Of a stretch of 64,000 nt of DNA, positions 9,754 through 18,315 are shown piece after piece. Under the pieces are notes generated by a model. The model did no database searches. It saw only the letters and a list, made by a program, of their open reading frames with translations, and was not told the DNA's origin. The stretch covers positions 21,701 to 85,700 of the forward strand of contig PLYP01000005.1 of NCBI GenBank assembly GCA_003153395.1. Direction: 5' to 3'. Source of the stretch: Candidatus Saccharimonadota bacterium (GTDB lineage: Bacteria > Patescibacteriota > Saccharimonadia > Saccharimonadales > UBA4665). The position numbers and the translations under genes are program-made. Within the stretch, counting starts at the first letter, position 1. Each line of letters opens with the position of its first letter.

Positions 9754-9827
9754 TGGGGATTGGCCAAGCGGTAAGGCACTGGGTTCTGGTCCCAGGATCG
9801 GGGGTTCGAATCCCTCATCCCCAGCCA
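9754..9827 (+). tRNA. tRNA-Gln (anticodon CUG), CCA encoded
   Basis: Cloverleaf folded by hand. Acceptor TGGGGAT/ATCCCCA, D-arm GCC-AAGCGGTAA-GGC, anticodon stem CTGGG/CCCAG with loop TTCTGGT, T-arm GGGGG-TTCGAAT-CCCTC, discriminator G then CCA. TATAAT lies at 9735-9740. Confidence 0.93.
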
Positions 9828-9876
9828 AAGAAAAAGTATGATGAAATTGGTTTTTTTCTTATAATATCTACCAATA

Positions 9877-10560
9877 ATGCATTTTGATAACCATGAAATA
9901 GCTCTGCTTGATAATTTTCTTATTGATGTTGAGAAATCTTCACTATCTGGACTTTCAACCATGGAAGATTTGTGGATGATTGCTGACGCAGAAAGTAAAA
10001 TGTTGATTGAAGAAATACTTCAACTTAATCCCTTAGATTTCGAATTCAAAGGAAAGAAAATTAAAGAGGAGTCAATTCCAGATGATGTTGTAGCCATCGA
10101 CAATAGCAAATATGCTCAAGACGGAGAATATGCATTATTCAAAAAATCATATCTACCCAGACCTGTTTATGCGGCGTTTAGCAAGATGGGTGAGGAATTT
10201 ACAAAATCTTATCCAAGCCGAGTATTACTAGTTGGATCTGGGTATCGTTCACCTGCAAGTCAAGTAGTGACTTTAGTTTACATACTAGCCAAAATTTATA
10301 ATTTTGATATCAATAAAACTCTTAAGAGGGTAGCCCTTCCACAGTATTCAACGCACAGCTCTGTTAGCGAGACCGCTATTGACGTCATGAACGTTGACGG
10401 TGAACCTAAAGACGAAGACTCGTTGGCTTTTAAAGATAGCGTTGAATATGAATGGCTGAAAGACCATGCAAATAATTTTGATTTTTACGAATCGTATCCA
10501 CCCAATAACCCTGACGGTATTATGTGGGAACCTTGGCATTGGCAATATAAGTCAAATTAG
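9877..10560 (+). CDS. peptidase M15B (VanY-type D-alanyl-D-alanine carboxypeptidase-like)
   Basis: SGYRSPASQ, STHSSVSETAIDV (SxHxxGxAxD-like) and WEPWHWQY C-terminal motifs. No obvious signal peptide. The true start may be an internal Met. Confidence 0.7.
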   Translation: MHFDNHEIALLDNFLIDVEKSSLSGLSTMEDLWMIADAESKMLIEEILQLNPLDFEFKGKKIKEESIPDDVVAIDNSKYAQDGEYALFKKSYLPRPVYAAFSKMGEEFTKSYPSRVLLVGSGYRSPASQVVTLVYILAKIYNFDINKTLKRVALPQYSTHSSVSETAIDVMNVDGEPKDEDSLAFKDSVEYEWLKDHANNFDFYESYPPNNPDGIMWEPWHWQYKSN

Positions 10561-10762
10561 TCCGAAATTCGTTAGACAAGGCCAGCCAAATGCAGCATAA
10601 CAGACGTACGCCCACATACCTTTTCATTTTGTATAGACACCGCGTAAGTAAGCGCATCGCAGATCGTAACGAGATACAAATCATCTGCGCCCTGTGACTA
10701 CGGTCATGATTTGCCAGTAGCTCATTCCCGTATACTAAAATAGTTGGTAAAGGGAATGGATT

Positions 10763-13555
10763 ATGAACTCTGATATACAGCGGCTGGCTCCTGACAAGGT
10801 TTATGGCAAGCTTTCAACGACGACTCAAGGATTAAGCGAATTAGAAGTGGAAACTCGCAGGCAACGCTTTGGTAATAACATAATTGAAGAGTTTGTCCGA
10901 ACCGGATACTACGCCAGGTTGATTGCTAACTTTACGCACATGATGGCTGTCCTACTATGGGCGGGTGGAGCCATAGCATTCATCGCAGGCATGCCGCAAC
11001 TTGGCATAGCTATATGGCTGGTTAATATTATCAACGGTGTATTCAGCTTTTGGCAGGAATATCGCGCGGAAAAAGCCACTCAGACTTTACAGAAATTGCT
11101 TCCGCAAAAGGCCGTAGTTATCCGTAGTGGGGTGGAGCAAAGCGTACTAGCAGACGAACTAGTTCCGGGTGATGTTATCGTACTGTCTCAAGGCGACCAT
11201 ATCTCAGCTGACGCCCGACTGGTAAGTGAGGCCGAGCTGCGGGTTGATCAGTCAATCCTTACAGGCGAGTCTGAGCCTGTACCGAAAGCCTCGTTGGCCA
11301 TTAGCCAAGAAAATTTGACAGCCGTCGAAGTTCCCAACCTGGTTTTTGCAGGAACAAACGTGGTGGCGGGTAATGGTCGGGCCGTGGTCTTTGCCACTGG
11401 CATGGATAGGGAGTTGGGCAAGATAGCCCATTTAACTCAGTCACTACCTCAAGACCTGTCGCCACTTCAAAAAGAAATGCAGACCGCTACAAAAATTATT
11501 ACGATCATGGTAATACTGATAGGCGGCTTTTTCTTCTTACTCGCAATCACTTTTGGACATATTAACTTTACAGACAGCGCAATTTTTACCCTAGGAATGA
11601 TAGTGGCGTTTGTGCCAGAGGGCATGCTACCCACCGTAACCTTAGCCCTGGCTATAAGTAGCCAGCGCATGTCCAAGCGAAATGCCCTAATAAAGAGGCT
11701 GTCATCCGTCGAAACGCTCGGCTGCACTACTGTTATTTGTTCCGATAAGACCGGCACATTAACTAAGAATGAAATGACTGTCCATGACATATGGCTGCCA
11801 CCATCTGCTTCAGCTGGTAAGTCGGGCAACCGACTAAGCGTGACTGGGACCGGTTACGGCGTAGAAGGTGAGATAATGCATCACGGCAAAATCTATTCAC
11901 CGGAGCAGGAAACCGGCCTCCATGAACTTTTGCAAGCTGCCCTGCTATGCAACAACGCACGACTAGTGGCTTCGACTGATGAGAGCGCCCATTGGAGCGT
12001 CTTGGGCGACCCAACGGAGGCAGCCCTGCTAGTGGCGACCCAAAAGGGTGGATTGGATCTACAGTTGGAGCTGGCACATTCGCCGCGCATTGACGAGCTA
12101 CCGTTTGAGTCAAGCCGCAAGCGCATGAGCACCATCCACCAAGTTTATGACGAAGGACAACCTACTTTGGATAGGGTAGCTTTGGCTAAGGGTTCGCCGC
12201 TTGAAACCCTCAGTTTATGTACGAATGTTCTGCAAAACGGTAAGGCGGTGCCGCTTAGTAGTGAACTGCGTGCTAGTATAGTGGCTGCCAACGACCAGTA
12301 TGCCCGGCAGGGGCTGAGGGTGTTGGCCGTGGCCTCCCGAAAGTTGCCAAGAAAGTTAAAGGAAATTTCAGCTGTCAATGTCGAGCAAGACTTAACGTTC
12401 CTAGGGCTGATTGCCATGATGGATCCACCTAGGCCAGAGGTTATTGAAGCGGTCAAGGCCTGCCAGAGTGCCGGAGTCCGGATCATCATGATCACCGGTG
12501 ATTACGGATTAACGGCCGAAAGTATAGCCAAACAGATTGGTATTACCCGCAAAAGGATACGAGTTGTGTCTGGCAGTGAACTTGACTACATGGATGATAA
12601 CAAGTTGCGCAACGTACTTGCCCATGAAGTCATCTTTGCCCGGAGCTCGCCACGGCATAAACTGCGAATTGTCGCTACCCTTCAGGGCCTAGGCCACATA
12701 GTCGCCGTAACCGGTGATGGCGTTAATGATGCTCCGGCACTAAAAAAAGCAGATATTGGTGTGGCGATGGGATGTAAAGGCACAGACGTAGCGAAAGAAG
12801 CCGCAGACATGATATTAACAGATGATAACTTCGCGTCAATTGTAAGTGCTATCGAAGAGGGACGAGCCGTATATGCCAACATAAGGAAGTTTGTCACCTA
12901 CATATTTACGAGCAATGCGCCTGAAGCCGTGCCTTTTATTATCTTCGTATTATCTAGAGCAAGTATTCCCCTAGCGCTTACTGTCATGCAGGTCATCTTC
13001 ATTGACTTAGGCACTGATATGGCCCCTGCCTTAGCCCTCGGCGCTGAACCGCCTGAGCCTGATGTCATGAATAGACCGCCGCGAAACCGTAAAGAGCATA
13101 TTGTTACACGATCCGTACTCATACGGTCTTACGTATATTTAGGGCTAATACAAAGCGGTGCGGCAATGGTTGCCTTCTTCTTTATGTATTGGATGCACGG
13201 CTACCATGGCTTCTTCGGGCTCCCTCACACCGGTAACCTGTACAGATCAGCGACAGCCATGACCCTGGCCACAGTGGTTGCCACTCAAGTTGGCAACCTC
13301 TTCGCTCAACGTACGGAAAGGCTTTCCAGCTTCAAGATAAAAGCCTTCGTCAATCCTTTAATCTGGATAGGAATTGCTGTTGAGCTGACGCTTATCTTTT
13401 CGGTTATCTACATCCCATTTTTCCAGCACATCTTTCAAACAGCTTCACTACCGCCAAGCAGCTGGTTATTCATATTTGCTTGGACGCCGTTGCTGCTGAT
13501 GGCCGATGAGTTAAGAAAATGGATCGTAAGAAGAAGAGCCGCTACCGCTGGCTGA
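10763..13555 (+). CDS. cation-transporting P-type ATPase, type II (SERCA/CtpF-like)
   Basis: TGES, TM4 PEGMLP, phosphorylation site DKTGTLT, TGDGVNDAPALKKADIGVAMG hinge, 10 TM pattern. Confidence 0.93.
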   Translation: MNSDIQRLAPDKVYGKLSTTTQGLSELEVETRRQRFGNNIIEEFVRTGYYARLIANFTHMMAVLLWAGGAIAFIAGMPQLGIAIWLVNIINGVFSFWQEYRAEKATQTLQKLLPQKAVVIRSGVEQSVLADELVPGDVIVLSQGDHISADARLVSEAELRVDQSILTGESEPVPKASLAISQENLTAVEVPNLVFAGTNVVAGNGRAVVFATGMDRELGKIAHLTQSLPQDLSPLQKEMQTATKIITIMVILIGGFFFLLAITFGHINFTDSAIFTLGMIVAFVPEGMLPTVTLALAISSQRMSKRNALIKRLSSVETLGCTTVICSDKTGTLTKNEMTVHDIWLPPSASAGKSGNRLSVTGTGYGVEGEIMHHGKIYSPEQETGLHELLQAALLCNNARLVASTDESAHWSVLGDPTEAALLVATQKGGLDLQLELAHSPRIDELPFESSRKRMSTIHQVYDEGQPTLDRVALAKGSPLETLSLCTNVLQNGKAVPLSSELRASIVAANDQYARQGLRVLAVASRKLPRKLKEISAVNVEQDLTFLGLIAMMDPPRPEVIEAVKACQSAGVRIIMITGDYGLTAESIAKQIGITRKRIRVVSGSELDYMDDNKLRNVLAHEVIFARSSPRHKLRIVATLQGLGHIVAVTGDGVNDAPALKKADIGVAMGCKGTDVAKEAADMILTDDNFASIVSAIEEGRAVYANIRKFVTYIFTSNAPEAVPFIIFVLSRASIPLALTVMQVIFIDLGTDMAPALALGAEPPEPDVMNRPPRNRKEHIVTRSVLIRSYVYLGLIQSGAAMVAFFFMYWMHGYHGFFGLPHTGNLYRSATAMTLATVVATQVGNLFAQRTERLSSFKIKAFVNPLIWIGIAVELTLIFSVIYIPFFQHIFQTASLPPSSWLFIFAWTPLLLMADELRKWIVRRRAATAG

Positions 13556-13601
13556 CAAATAGCTGCATTATATTGTTTCAAAGTGTCTCGTCTCGGGCAC
13601 A

Positions 13602-13623
13602 GTTCTAGGCCGGTATGCTCAGC
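13602..13623 (+). repeat. island intergenic motif, copy 1
   Basis: GTTCTAGGCCGGTATGCTCAGC, 47 nt after the ATPase stop. Confidence 0.6.
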
Positions 13624-13671
13624 CACGATAGATTCGAGCTAAAGTCAAATATGTAGAGTGGTTATCTATTA

Positions 13672-13701
13672 TTGTTCTAGGCCTGGACACTCAGCTATAA
13701 T
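13672..13701 (+). promoter_or_regulatory. candidate sigma-70 promoter for the SDR gene (overlaps island motif copy 2)
   Basis: TTGTTC (13672-13677), an 18-nt spacer, then TATAAT (13696-13701), about 60 nt upstream of the ATG at 13761. Confidence 0.4.
13674..13695 (+). repeat. island intergenic motif, copy 2
   Basis: GTTCTAGGCCTGGACACTCAGC, followed immediately by TATAAT. Confidence 0.55.
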
Positions 13702-13760
13702 AGACTTTAAAGTGACACCGCTTCATAATCATATTAACAAAGTCGCTAGAGGTGCTAATA

Positions 13761-14495
13761 ATGCCAGCAGAGAGCCGTAACCTTAAAGGAAATGTCATTG
13801 CCATTACAGGCGCTAGTTCGGGTATTGGACGGGAGACCGCCAGGCTGTTGGTTGAAGCAGGCGCGAAAGTAGCGCTTGGAGCTCGCCGTCTAGATAGACT
13901 TAATGAGCTAGTTAAAGAGCTTGGAAAAGATAGTGCCGTCGCTATCCAAATGGACGTAACAAGCGCTGATGAAAATAATAAATTTATTACGAAGACAATC
14001 GAGACATTTGGACGCCTAGACAGCGTAGTTGCTAACGCCGGCATTGGATATTATGGAGGGATAACTGACATCTCAGATGGTGAACTGACAAACATGATTG
14101 CCGTAAATTATTCCGGTACGATTTGGACAATTAGAGCTGCGGTTCCGGAATTCCGTAAAACTGGAGCTGGCGATATTGTGATCGTATCCAGTGTTGCTGG
14201 CTTTCGCGGTGGAGCTAATGAAGCTGTTTATGCGGGAACTAAGTTCGCTCAAATCGGGCTAGCAGGCTCCCTCGATCGCGAATTAACTCCTGAAGGCATA
14301 CGAGTTACCGCCATATGTCCTGCAGGTACCAATACCGAGTTCGCTATTGGAGCAGGTCGTACGGAGGGTGATCCAGCTTTGAACGACTACATGAGCCCCG
14401 CAGACGTAGCTTTCCAGATTGTTACTGCACTCCAACAGCCGCGTCGCATCAGGACTTCTGTCTGGATGACTTGGAGTATGGCTCAATTTAGTTAA
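13761..14495 (+). CDS. short-chain dehydrogenase/reductase (SDR)
   Basis: TGASSGIG cofactor motif, NAG, catalytic S...YAGTK. The ATG at 13761 is preceded by AGAGGTG; the ORF track uses a GTG at 13752. Confidence 0.88.
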   Translation: MPAESRNLKGNVIAITGASSGIGRETARLLVEAGAKVALGARRLDRLNELVKELGKDSAVAIQMDVTSADENNKFITKTIETFGRLDSVVANAGIGYYGGITDISDGELTNMIAVNYSGTIWTIRAAVPEFRKTGAGDIVIVSSVAGFRGGANEAVYAGTKFAQIGLAGSLDRELTPEGIRVTAICPAGTNTEFAIGAGRTEGDPALNDYMSPADVAFQIVTALQQPRRIRTSVWMTWSMAQFS

Positions 14496-14540
14496 TACGG
14501 CACATAACTGCCAAAAAGCTATACAAGCAGAATTAAGTGT

Positions 14541-14675
14541 ATGAATAAGTTATGGCATGAGCAACACAAAATGCCAAAGAATACGACACATGAAGAGCGG
14601 CTGAAGTGGCACCTAGAACATCAAAGGCAATGTGGTTGTAGGCCAATTCCAAAAAGTCTGCAAAATGGGGTATAA
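14541..14675 (+). CDS. 44-aa conserved-looking small protein (CxC, His/Lys-rich)
   Basis: ATG...TAA frame read by hand: MNKLWHEQHKMPKNTTHEERLKWHLEHQRQCGCRPIPKSLQNGV. It is below the ORF-track size cut-off. It replaces the unconvincing antisense ORF 14533..14727. Confidence 0.5.
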   Translation: MNKLWHEQHKMPKNTTHEERLKWHLEHQRQCGCRPIPKSLQNGV

Positions 14676-14677
14676 AG

Positions 14678-14698
14678 GTTCCAGACCGGCATGAGTAG
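14678..14698 (+). repeat. island intergenic motif, copy 3
   Basis: GTTCCAGACCGGCATGAGTAG, starting 3 nt after the mini-ORF stop. Confidence 0.5.
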
Positions 14699-14779
14699 TC
14701 AAGGATATGTACGCCATAAAAGTCCACAAGGGATAGGAGTTCAGGATTACGTAGTGTTTTAACTTGCTACAATTAAGGT

Positions 14780-15040
14780 ATGGTCAGATTTATTATTGAC
14801 GTGCGAGAGCCTGAAGAATACTCAGCCGGGCATGTTGCAAACGCACTAAACATACCTCCCTCGGAATTGATGAGTGGGACTGAAAAGCTTAGCGCTATAC
14901 CGAAAGACGCAGAAGTAATTTTGTATTGCAAAACTGGAAGCCGTTCTAACGTATCGAAAAATATTTTGGAGTCCATGGGTTATGTGAACGTTATAAATGG
15001 GATCAACAAAGATCACGTTGCAGCCAAGTACGGTTATTAA
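14780..15040 (+). CDS. single-domain rhodanese-like sulfurtransferase
   Basis: DVREPEEYSAGHVANALNIP and active-site loop CKTGSRS. SD AAGG at 14775-14778. Confidence 0.88.
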   Translation: MVRFIIDVREPEEYSAGHVANALNIPPSELMSGTEKLSAIPKDAEVILYCKTGSRSNVSKNILESMGYVNVINGINKDHVAAKYGY

Positions 15041-15097
15041 CAATCAACGTCTGTAGGATCCAGGCTTTCAGCATCAACCCGAACGAAATCCAAAAAG

Positions 15098-15119
15098 GTT
15101 CCTTACCGGTATGCTCAGC
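15098..15119 (+). repeat. island intergenic motif, copy 4
   Basis: GTTCCTTACCGGTATGCTCAGC, 58 nt after the rhodanese stop. Confidence 0.6.
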
Positions 15120-15176
15120 TAAGAGCACATATTTTACGCCTTATCCACTAAGTATTTGTTAGATTTACAGGTTAGT

Positions 15177-16958
15177 CTAGTTTTTTTTAGTGCGCCAATC
15201 TTTCCATATTAAACGGTGGATTGGAATTAATTTGGGTATGTCTCGAATTCCCGGTATAAATGGCACCAAAAGTAACAACAAGGTTGCAAGACTAGTAAGA
15301 TAAATAGCGATTAAGTCTACATTAGCTGATGTACTGAAACTGGGCACTTGATACCAAAGTGTGTATAGCCACAGCCATGGTTGTCCCGGAAACGAACCGG
15401 TTTCATTCATCACCCCCCATTGAGTTCCAGTCAAATGTTCAGATTTGGCAATTGATGAAAAATAGCTACCATCTTCTATAAATAACAGTGGTTTTGTGTA
15501 ATTGGTGCCGTAAAATGGCTGCTGTGCTAATAAATCAGCATCTATAGCTCCGCTTTGGGCCATCGACAATTCACTAGCAATCATAACCGGTAGAGGACCG
15601 TCGTCAGCCTTCGTTACTGTCGGTATCCCCGACTTAAACGTCACGCTGCTTGTAACTGCATTTAAGTAGGATTGAGCCCAGGCTTGCTGCTGCTTAGATG
15701 TAGCTCGATTATAGTCAGAGAGCGCTTTTGTGAGAGTTGAGTTCCCTAAAGCTACTGTTGAGAGCGGGGATAATACAAACGTTTGAGCTGGGTTTATTGG
15801 TTGGTGAACTCCGGCAAGCAATTGCGGTGAAACTCCGATGCGCTGTACATTTGAAGACCCATTATTATAGGGCGGCCCATACTTAGCTGTTTCACTGGTA
15901 CCTGCTAACTCACTCGCTGCTGTTCCCATAAAATCAGCGGGAGCAATCTTTGACCAAGTTGCAACAGTTACGGGCGGTTCATCTGGGGAAGATAGTAAAC
16001 TAGCAAGGCTAAATACTAGAAATAAAACTATTATTGTTGCGAGTGTTCCTTCTTTTAATATATCGTAGCGTCTTGTTGGCCCTTTCCAGTCTGCGGCTTC
16101 GGCAGCTTTCAGCGCTCGTCTAGCCGCTCGTCCATGCGCTCTTTGAATCGGATGAGAAACTCCCCTTACTCTTACCAATATAATATGTACTGCCACAAAT
16201 AATATTAGAACCAGCGGGATCACGATAATATGCCAAGTGAGTATTTGGCCAAAGTTCATAAGATTAAAAAATGATCCCAAGCCAGTAGCATTAATAGCAT
16301 CTTTACCGTTCGCAGCTATCCATTGTGAATCATAATTCTGCTGAGATAAGTACCCTGTGAAGCATTCTAGAATGGATACCCCAAAAGCTAAAACTCCTGT
16401 CATCCATGTTAATGCTCGTTTGCCTCGCCAAGCTGCCATCCAAAACTTACCCCATAAGTGAATAACCATAAAGGCCATAAATAGCTCGACACTCCATAGG
16501 TGCACACTATTCACAAAGTGCCCTAATGGACTATCGTGCCACCAATTAACCCCACCAATTGCCAGTACCACGCCGGAAGCCATCAACACGCCTAAAGCAG
16601 CTAGAGTTGCAACGCCAAATACATAGATCCATGATGAAACGTAAGCCGGTTGACGATCGGGCAGCAGCTTGCCTGGTGGTAGTATCCTTAGGAAAAAGTT
16701 TCTTACTTTGTTAGTCCACATGCCATTGGGCTTACTGGCAAATGGCCCATGATTGACGTCTTGGTTGTCAGATTCAGTATCTTTATCAGCCTCATTATCT
16801 CGACTTTTTGGAAACGGCAATAGAATTGCCAGTCCAAAAATAACTACCATAGTAGCTATAATTATCAAATTTGCTATAGATATCGTGAAAATTGACCAAT
16901 GGATGTAATGCTGAGGGTGATTTAAGTTTACAAGAGAAGCGATTGTTTCGATATTCAT
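15177..16958 (-). CDS. cytochrome b (bc/b6f-type N-terminal domain)-like membrane protein with a large divergent C-terminal region
   Basis: Helix B H-x13-H (HLWSVELFMAFMVIH), then GKFWMAAWRGKRALTWMTG (compare FxxGxFRxPRExxW). Helix D H-x14-H (HIIVIPLVLILFVAVH). A further TM helix, then about 230 aa of non-TM sequence and C-terminal TM helices. Confidence 0.75.
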   Translation of the reverse strand: MNIETIASLVNLNHPQHYIHWSIFTISIANLIIIATMVVIFGLAILLPFPKSRDNEADKDTESDNQDVNHGPFASKPNGMWTNKVRNFFLRILPPGKLLPDRQPAYVSSWIYVFGVATLAALGVLMASGVVLAIGGVNWWHDSPLGHFVNSVHLWSVELFMAFMVIHLWGKFWMAAWRGKRALTWMTGVLAFGVSILECFTGYLSQQNYDSQWIAANGKDAINATGLGSFFNLMNFGQILTWHIIVIPLVLILFVAVHIILVRVRGVSHPIQRAHGRAARRALKAAEAADWKGPTRRYDILKEGTLATIIVLFLVFSLASLLSSPDEPPVTVATWSKIAPADFMGTAASELAGTSETAKYGPPYNNGSSNVQRIGVSPQLLAGVHQPINPAQTFVLSPLSTVALGNSTLTKALSDYNRATSKQQQAWAQSYLNAVTSSVTFKSGIPTVTKADDGPLPVMIASELSMAQSGAIDADLLAQQPFYGTNYTKPLLFIEDGSYFSSIAKSEHLTGTQWGVMNETGSFPGQPWLWLYTLWYQVPSFSTSANVDLIAIYLTSLATLLLLLVPFIPGIRDIPKLIPIHRLIWKDWRTKKN

Positions 16959-17034
16959 ATCCTATATTCTACCATTCGAACTATCATTTTAGTGTGATCT
17001 CTGTCAATGTATTTATGCTAATCAGCTCAGAACG

Positions 17035-17598
17035 CTATTTTGTGTCAGTTAATTGTTGTCGGCCATATTTGTTTACTACCTTGCAGAGCAAAATACCGAA
17101 TGCAAGTTGAAAAATTACCTGTCCTTGGAGTAGTAGGCCATGTGGTTTTGGCAAGTAATAAAATGAGATAAGTCCGCCGCATAATTCAATGCAAACCAAG
17201 CCAAGATTTTGCCAGCTAAAGTCTATTTTTACCAATAGCCAGATGGACAATACTAGCTGGAATACAAATAGGGTTGTTCCGATAGCAGTATGGATTGGAT
17301 TCACTAATGTGTGAGGAGTTAATACTAATCCTGTGAGCAATAATGCCATGACTCGTAAACCGTAAGCAACGTAGTTATGAAGCTTATTATTATTGACTAA
17401 TACCCTGGCAGCCTCCCAATAAAAGTAAGCGTTCAGAAAAAAGGCCGCAGAATATGGAATAATCGTATTTTTAAAGCTACCAAAATAGCTAAGTCCGTCA
17501 TTAGCAGAGAGACCGGCTGGACGGATAAGTATACATATCAGCAGTAATGTGAACGCTGCAATTAGACCGTAAGATATGCTACGTGCTGCTTGAGTCAT
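17035..17598 (-). CDS. polytopic membrane protein, unknown function (upstream of the cytochrome b-like gene)
   Basis: 187 aa with about 6 hydrophobic helices, same strand, 76 nt from the next gene. Confidence 0.5.
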   Translation of the reverse strand: MTQAARSISYGLIAAFTLLLICILIRPAGLSANDGLSYFGSFKNTIIPYSAAFFLNAYFYWEAARVLVNNNKLHNYVAYGLRVMALLLTGLVLTPHTLVNPIHTAIGTTLFVFQLVLSIWLLVKIDFSWQNLGLVCIELCGGLISFYYLPKPHGLLLQGQVIFQLAFGILLCKVVNKYGRQQLTDTK

Positions 17599-17620
17599 GT
17601 TAATTATAGCCCTAGTCTAT

Positions 17621-17634
17621 GGTATACCCTCAGC
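17621..17634 (+). repeat. island intergenic motif, copy 5 (3' half)
   Basis: GGTATACCCTCAGC followed by TGTAAT. It shares GGTAT..CTCAGC with copies 1 and 4. Confidence 0.4.
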
Positions 17635-17762
17635 TGTAATAGCGTTAAGTAGACATGTGTGTGATGCGGATCATCGTCTTTTGGAGACATTGCTTACAGA
17701 CAGTCATTTTGCATCAGTACATACTGGGTAATGTCAACTTAATATGCATGGGAAGGAGGCCT

Positions 17763-17852
17763 ATGATATCGAGAGCTTATTGTCATGAAACGAGAATCGA
17801 AAGAGATGCAGAGAACTACGCGTCAAGCAAATTAGTAAGGGGGATATCATGA
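17763..17852 (+). CDS. candidate 29-aa upstream ORF, translationally coupled (ATGA) to the next gene
   Basis: Strong SD GGAAGGAGG (17750-17758), then the ATG at 17763. MISRAYCHETRIERDAENYASSKLVRGIS. Its stop TGA overlaps the ATG at 17849. Confidence 0.3.
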   Translation: MISRAYCHETRIERDAENYASSKLVRGIS

Positions 17853-18247
17853 AATTATCATTGAAGGATGTAATAAACGCACTACTCGCTATCGGGGGTG
17901 CGGCCGTTGTGTATGCTAAATTTTATAGCTATTCATGGTCGGTGATAGGTAGCTGGCGCAGTGCGGTCGCTGTACTAGCGCTAATTGGTCTAGTTATGTT
18001 TGCATTTAGTAGCTTCAATTTTGCCAACCGAAGCATACTTAATGTCACCGAAATGATGTTAGGAGTTGTGGCAATTGGACTAGTAATTGTAGGGGTCATC
18101 ATGACCAGCCAATTTGTGTTCTATAGTCTGGCTATCGTCCTTGGGCTAGAGTGGTTGGTTGACACAGCCCGTCATGCTCGTCATAGCTGGATCGGCGAAG
18201 AGGGCTACGGAACAACTACGTTTCACCACCATGCCCATGTTCACTGA
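17849..18247 (+). CDS. small membrane protein with a His-rich C-terminus
   Basis: Four predicted TM helices. The tail reads HARHSW...TTTFHHHAHVH. SD AAGGGGG upstream. Confidence 0.55.
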   Translation: MKLSLKDVINALLAIGGAAVVYAKFYSYSWSVIGSWRSAVAVLALIGLVMFAFSSFNFANRSILNVTEMMLGVVAIGLVIVGVIMTSQFVFYSLAIVLGLEWLVDTARHARHSWIGEEGYGTTTFHHHAHVH

Positions 18248-18315
18248 AAGTTAGTATTGTAAACGTATACGCAGAAAATACCACCGGTAATTAAGTTAAT
18301 AACGAGGGGGAAGCT

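Noticed and set aside
9660-9962. 100-aa minus-strand ORF
   Set aside because: It runs straight across the tRNA-Gln gene and the end of yjjX, so it is an artefact.
10561-10762. Possible metal-sensing riboswitch (M-box or yybP-ykoY) upstream of the P-type ATPase
   Set aside because: I could not find the conserved cores of either class by eye. Only a short 6-bp stem (GCAGAT/ATCTGC) is present. An Infernal scan would settle it.
11467-14044. Series of long antisense ORFs inside the ATPase and SDR genes (for example 11467..11829, 11763..12113, 12145..12495, 13691..14044)
   Set aside because: They are a typical by-product of locally higher GC. The sense-strand products have unambiguous P-type ATPase and SDR signatures. 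I used them only as supporting evidence for the compositional shift.
13602-15119. Idea that the repeated island motif represents integron attC sites or gene cassettes
   Set aside because: Only one GTTRRRY-like core (GTTAGAC at 10571) fits. The motif copies lack the inverse-core/core symmetry and hairpin potential of attC. Gene orientations are mixed, and no intI gene is present.
17655-17852. Full 65-aa ORF from the track
   Set aside because: The N-terminal 36 codons have no SD and an implausible Cys/Ile-rich sequence. Only the last 29 codons, behind a strong SD, are kept as a low-confidence uORF.
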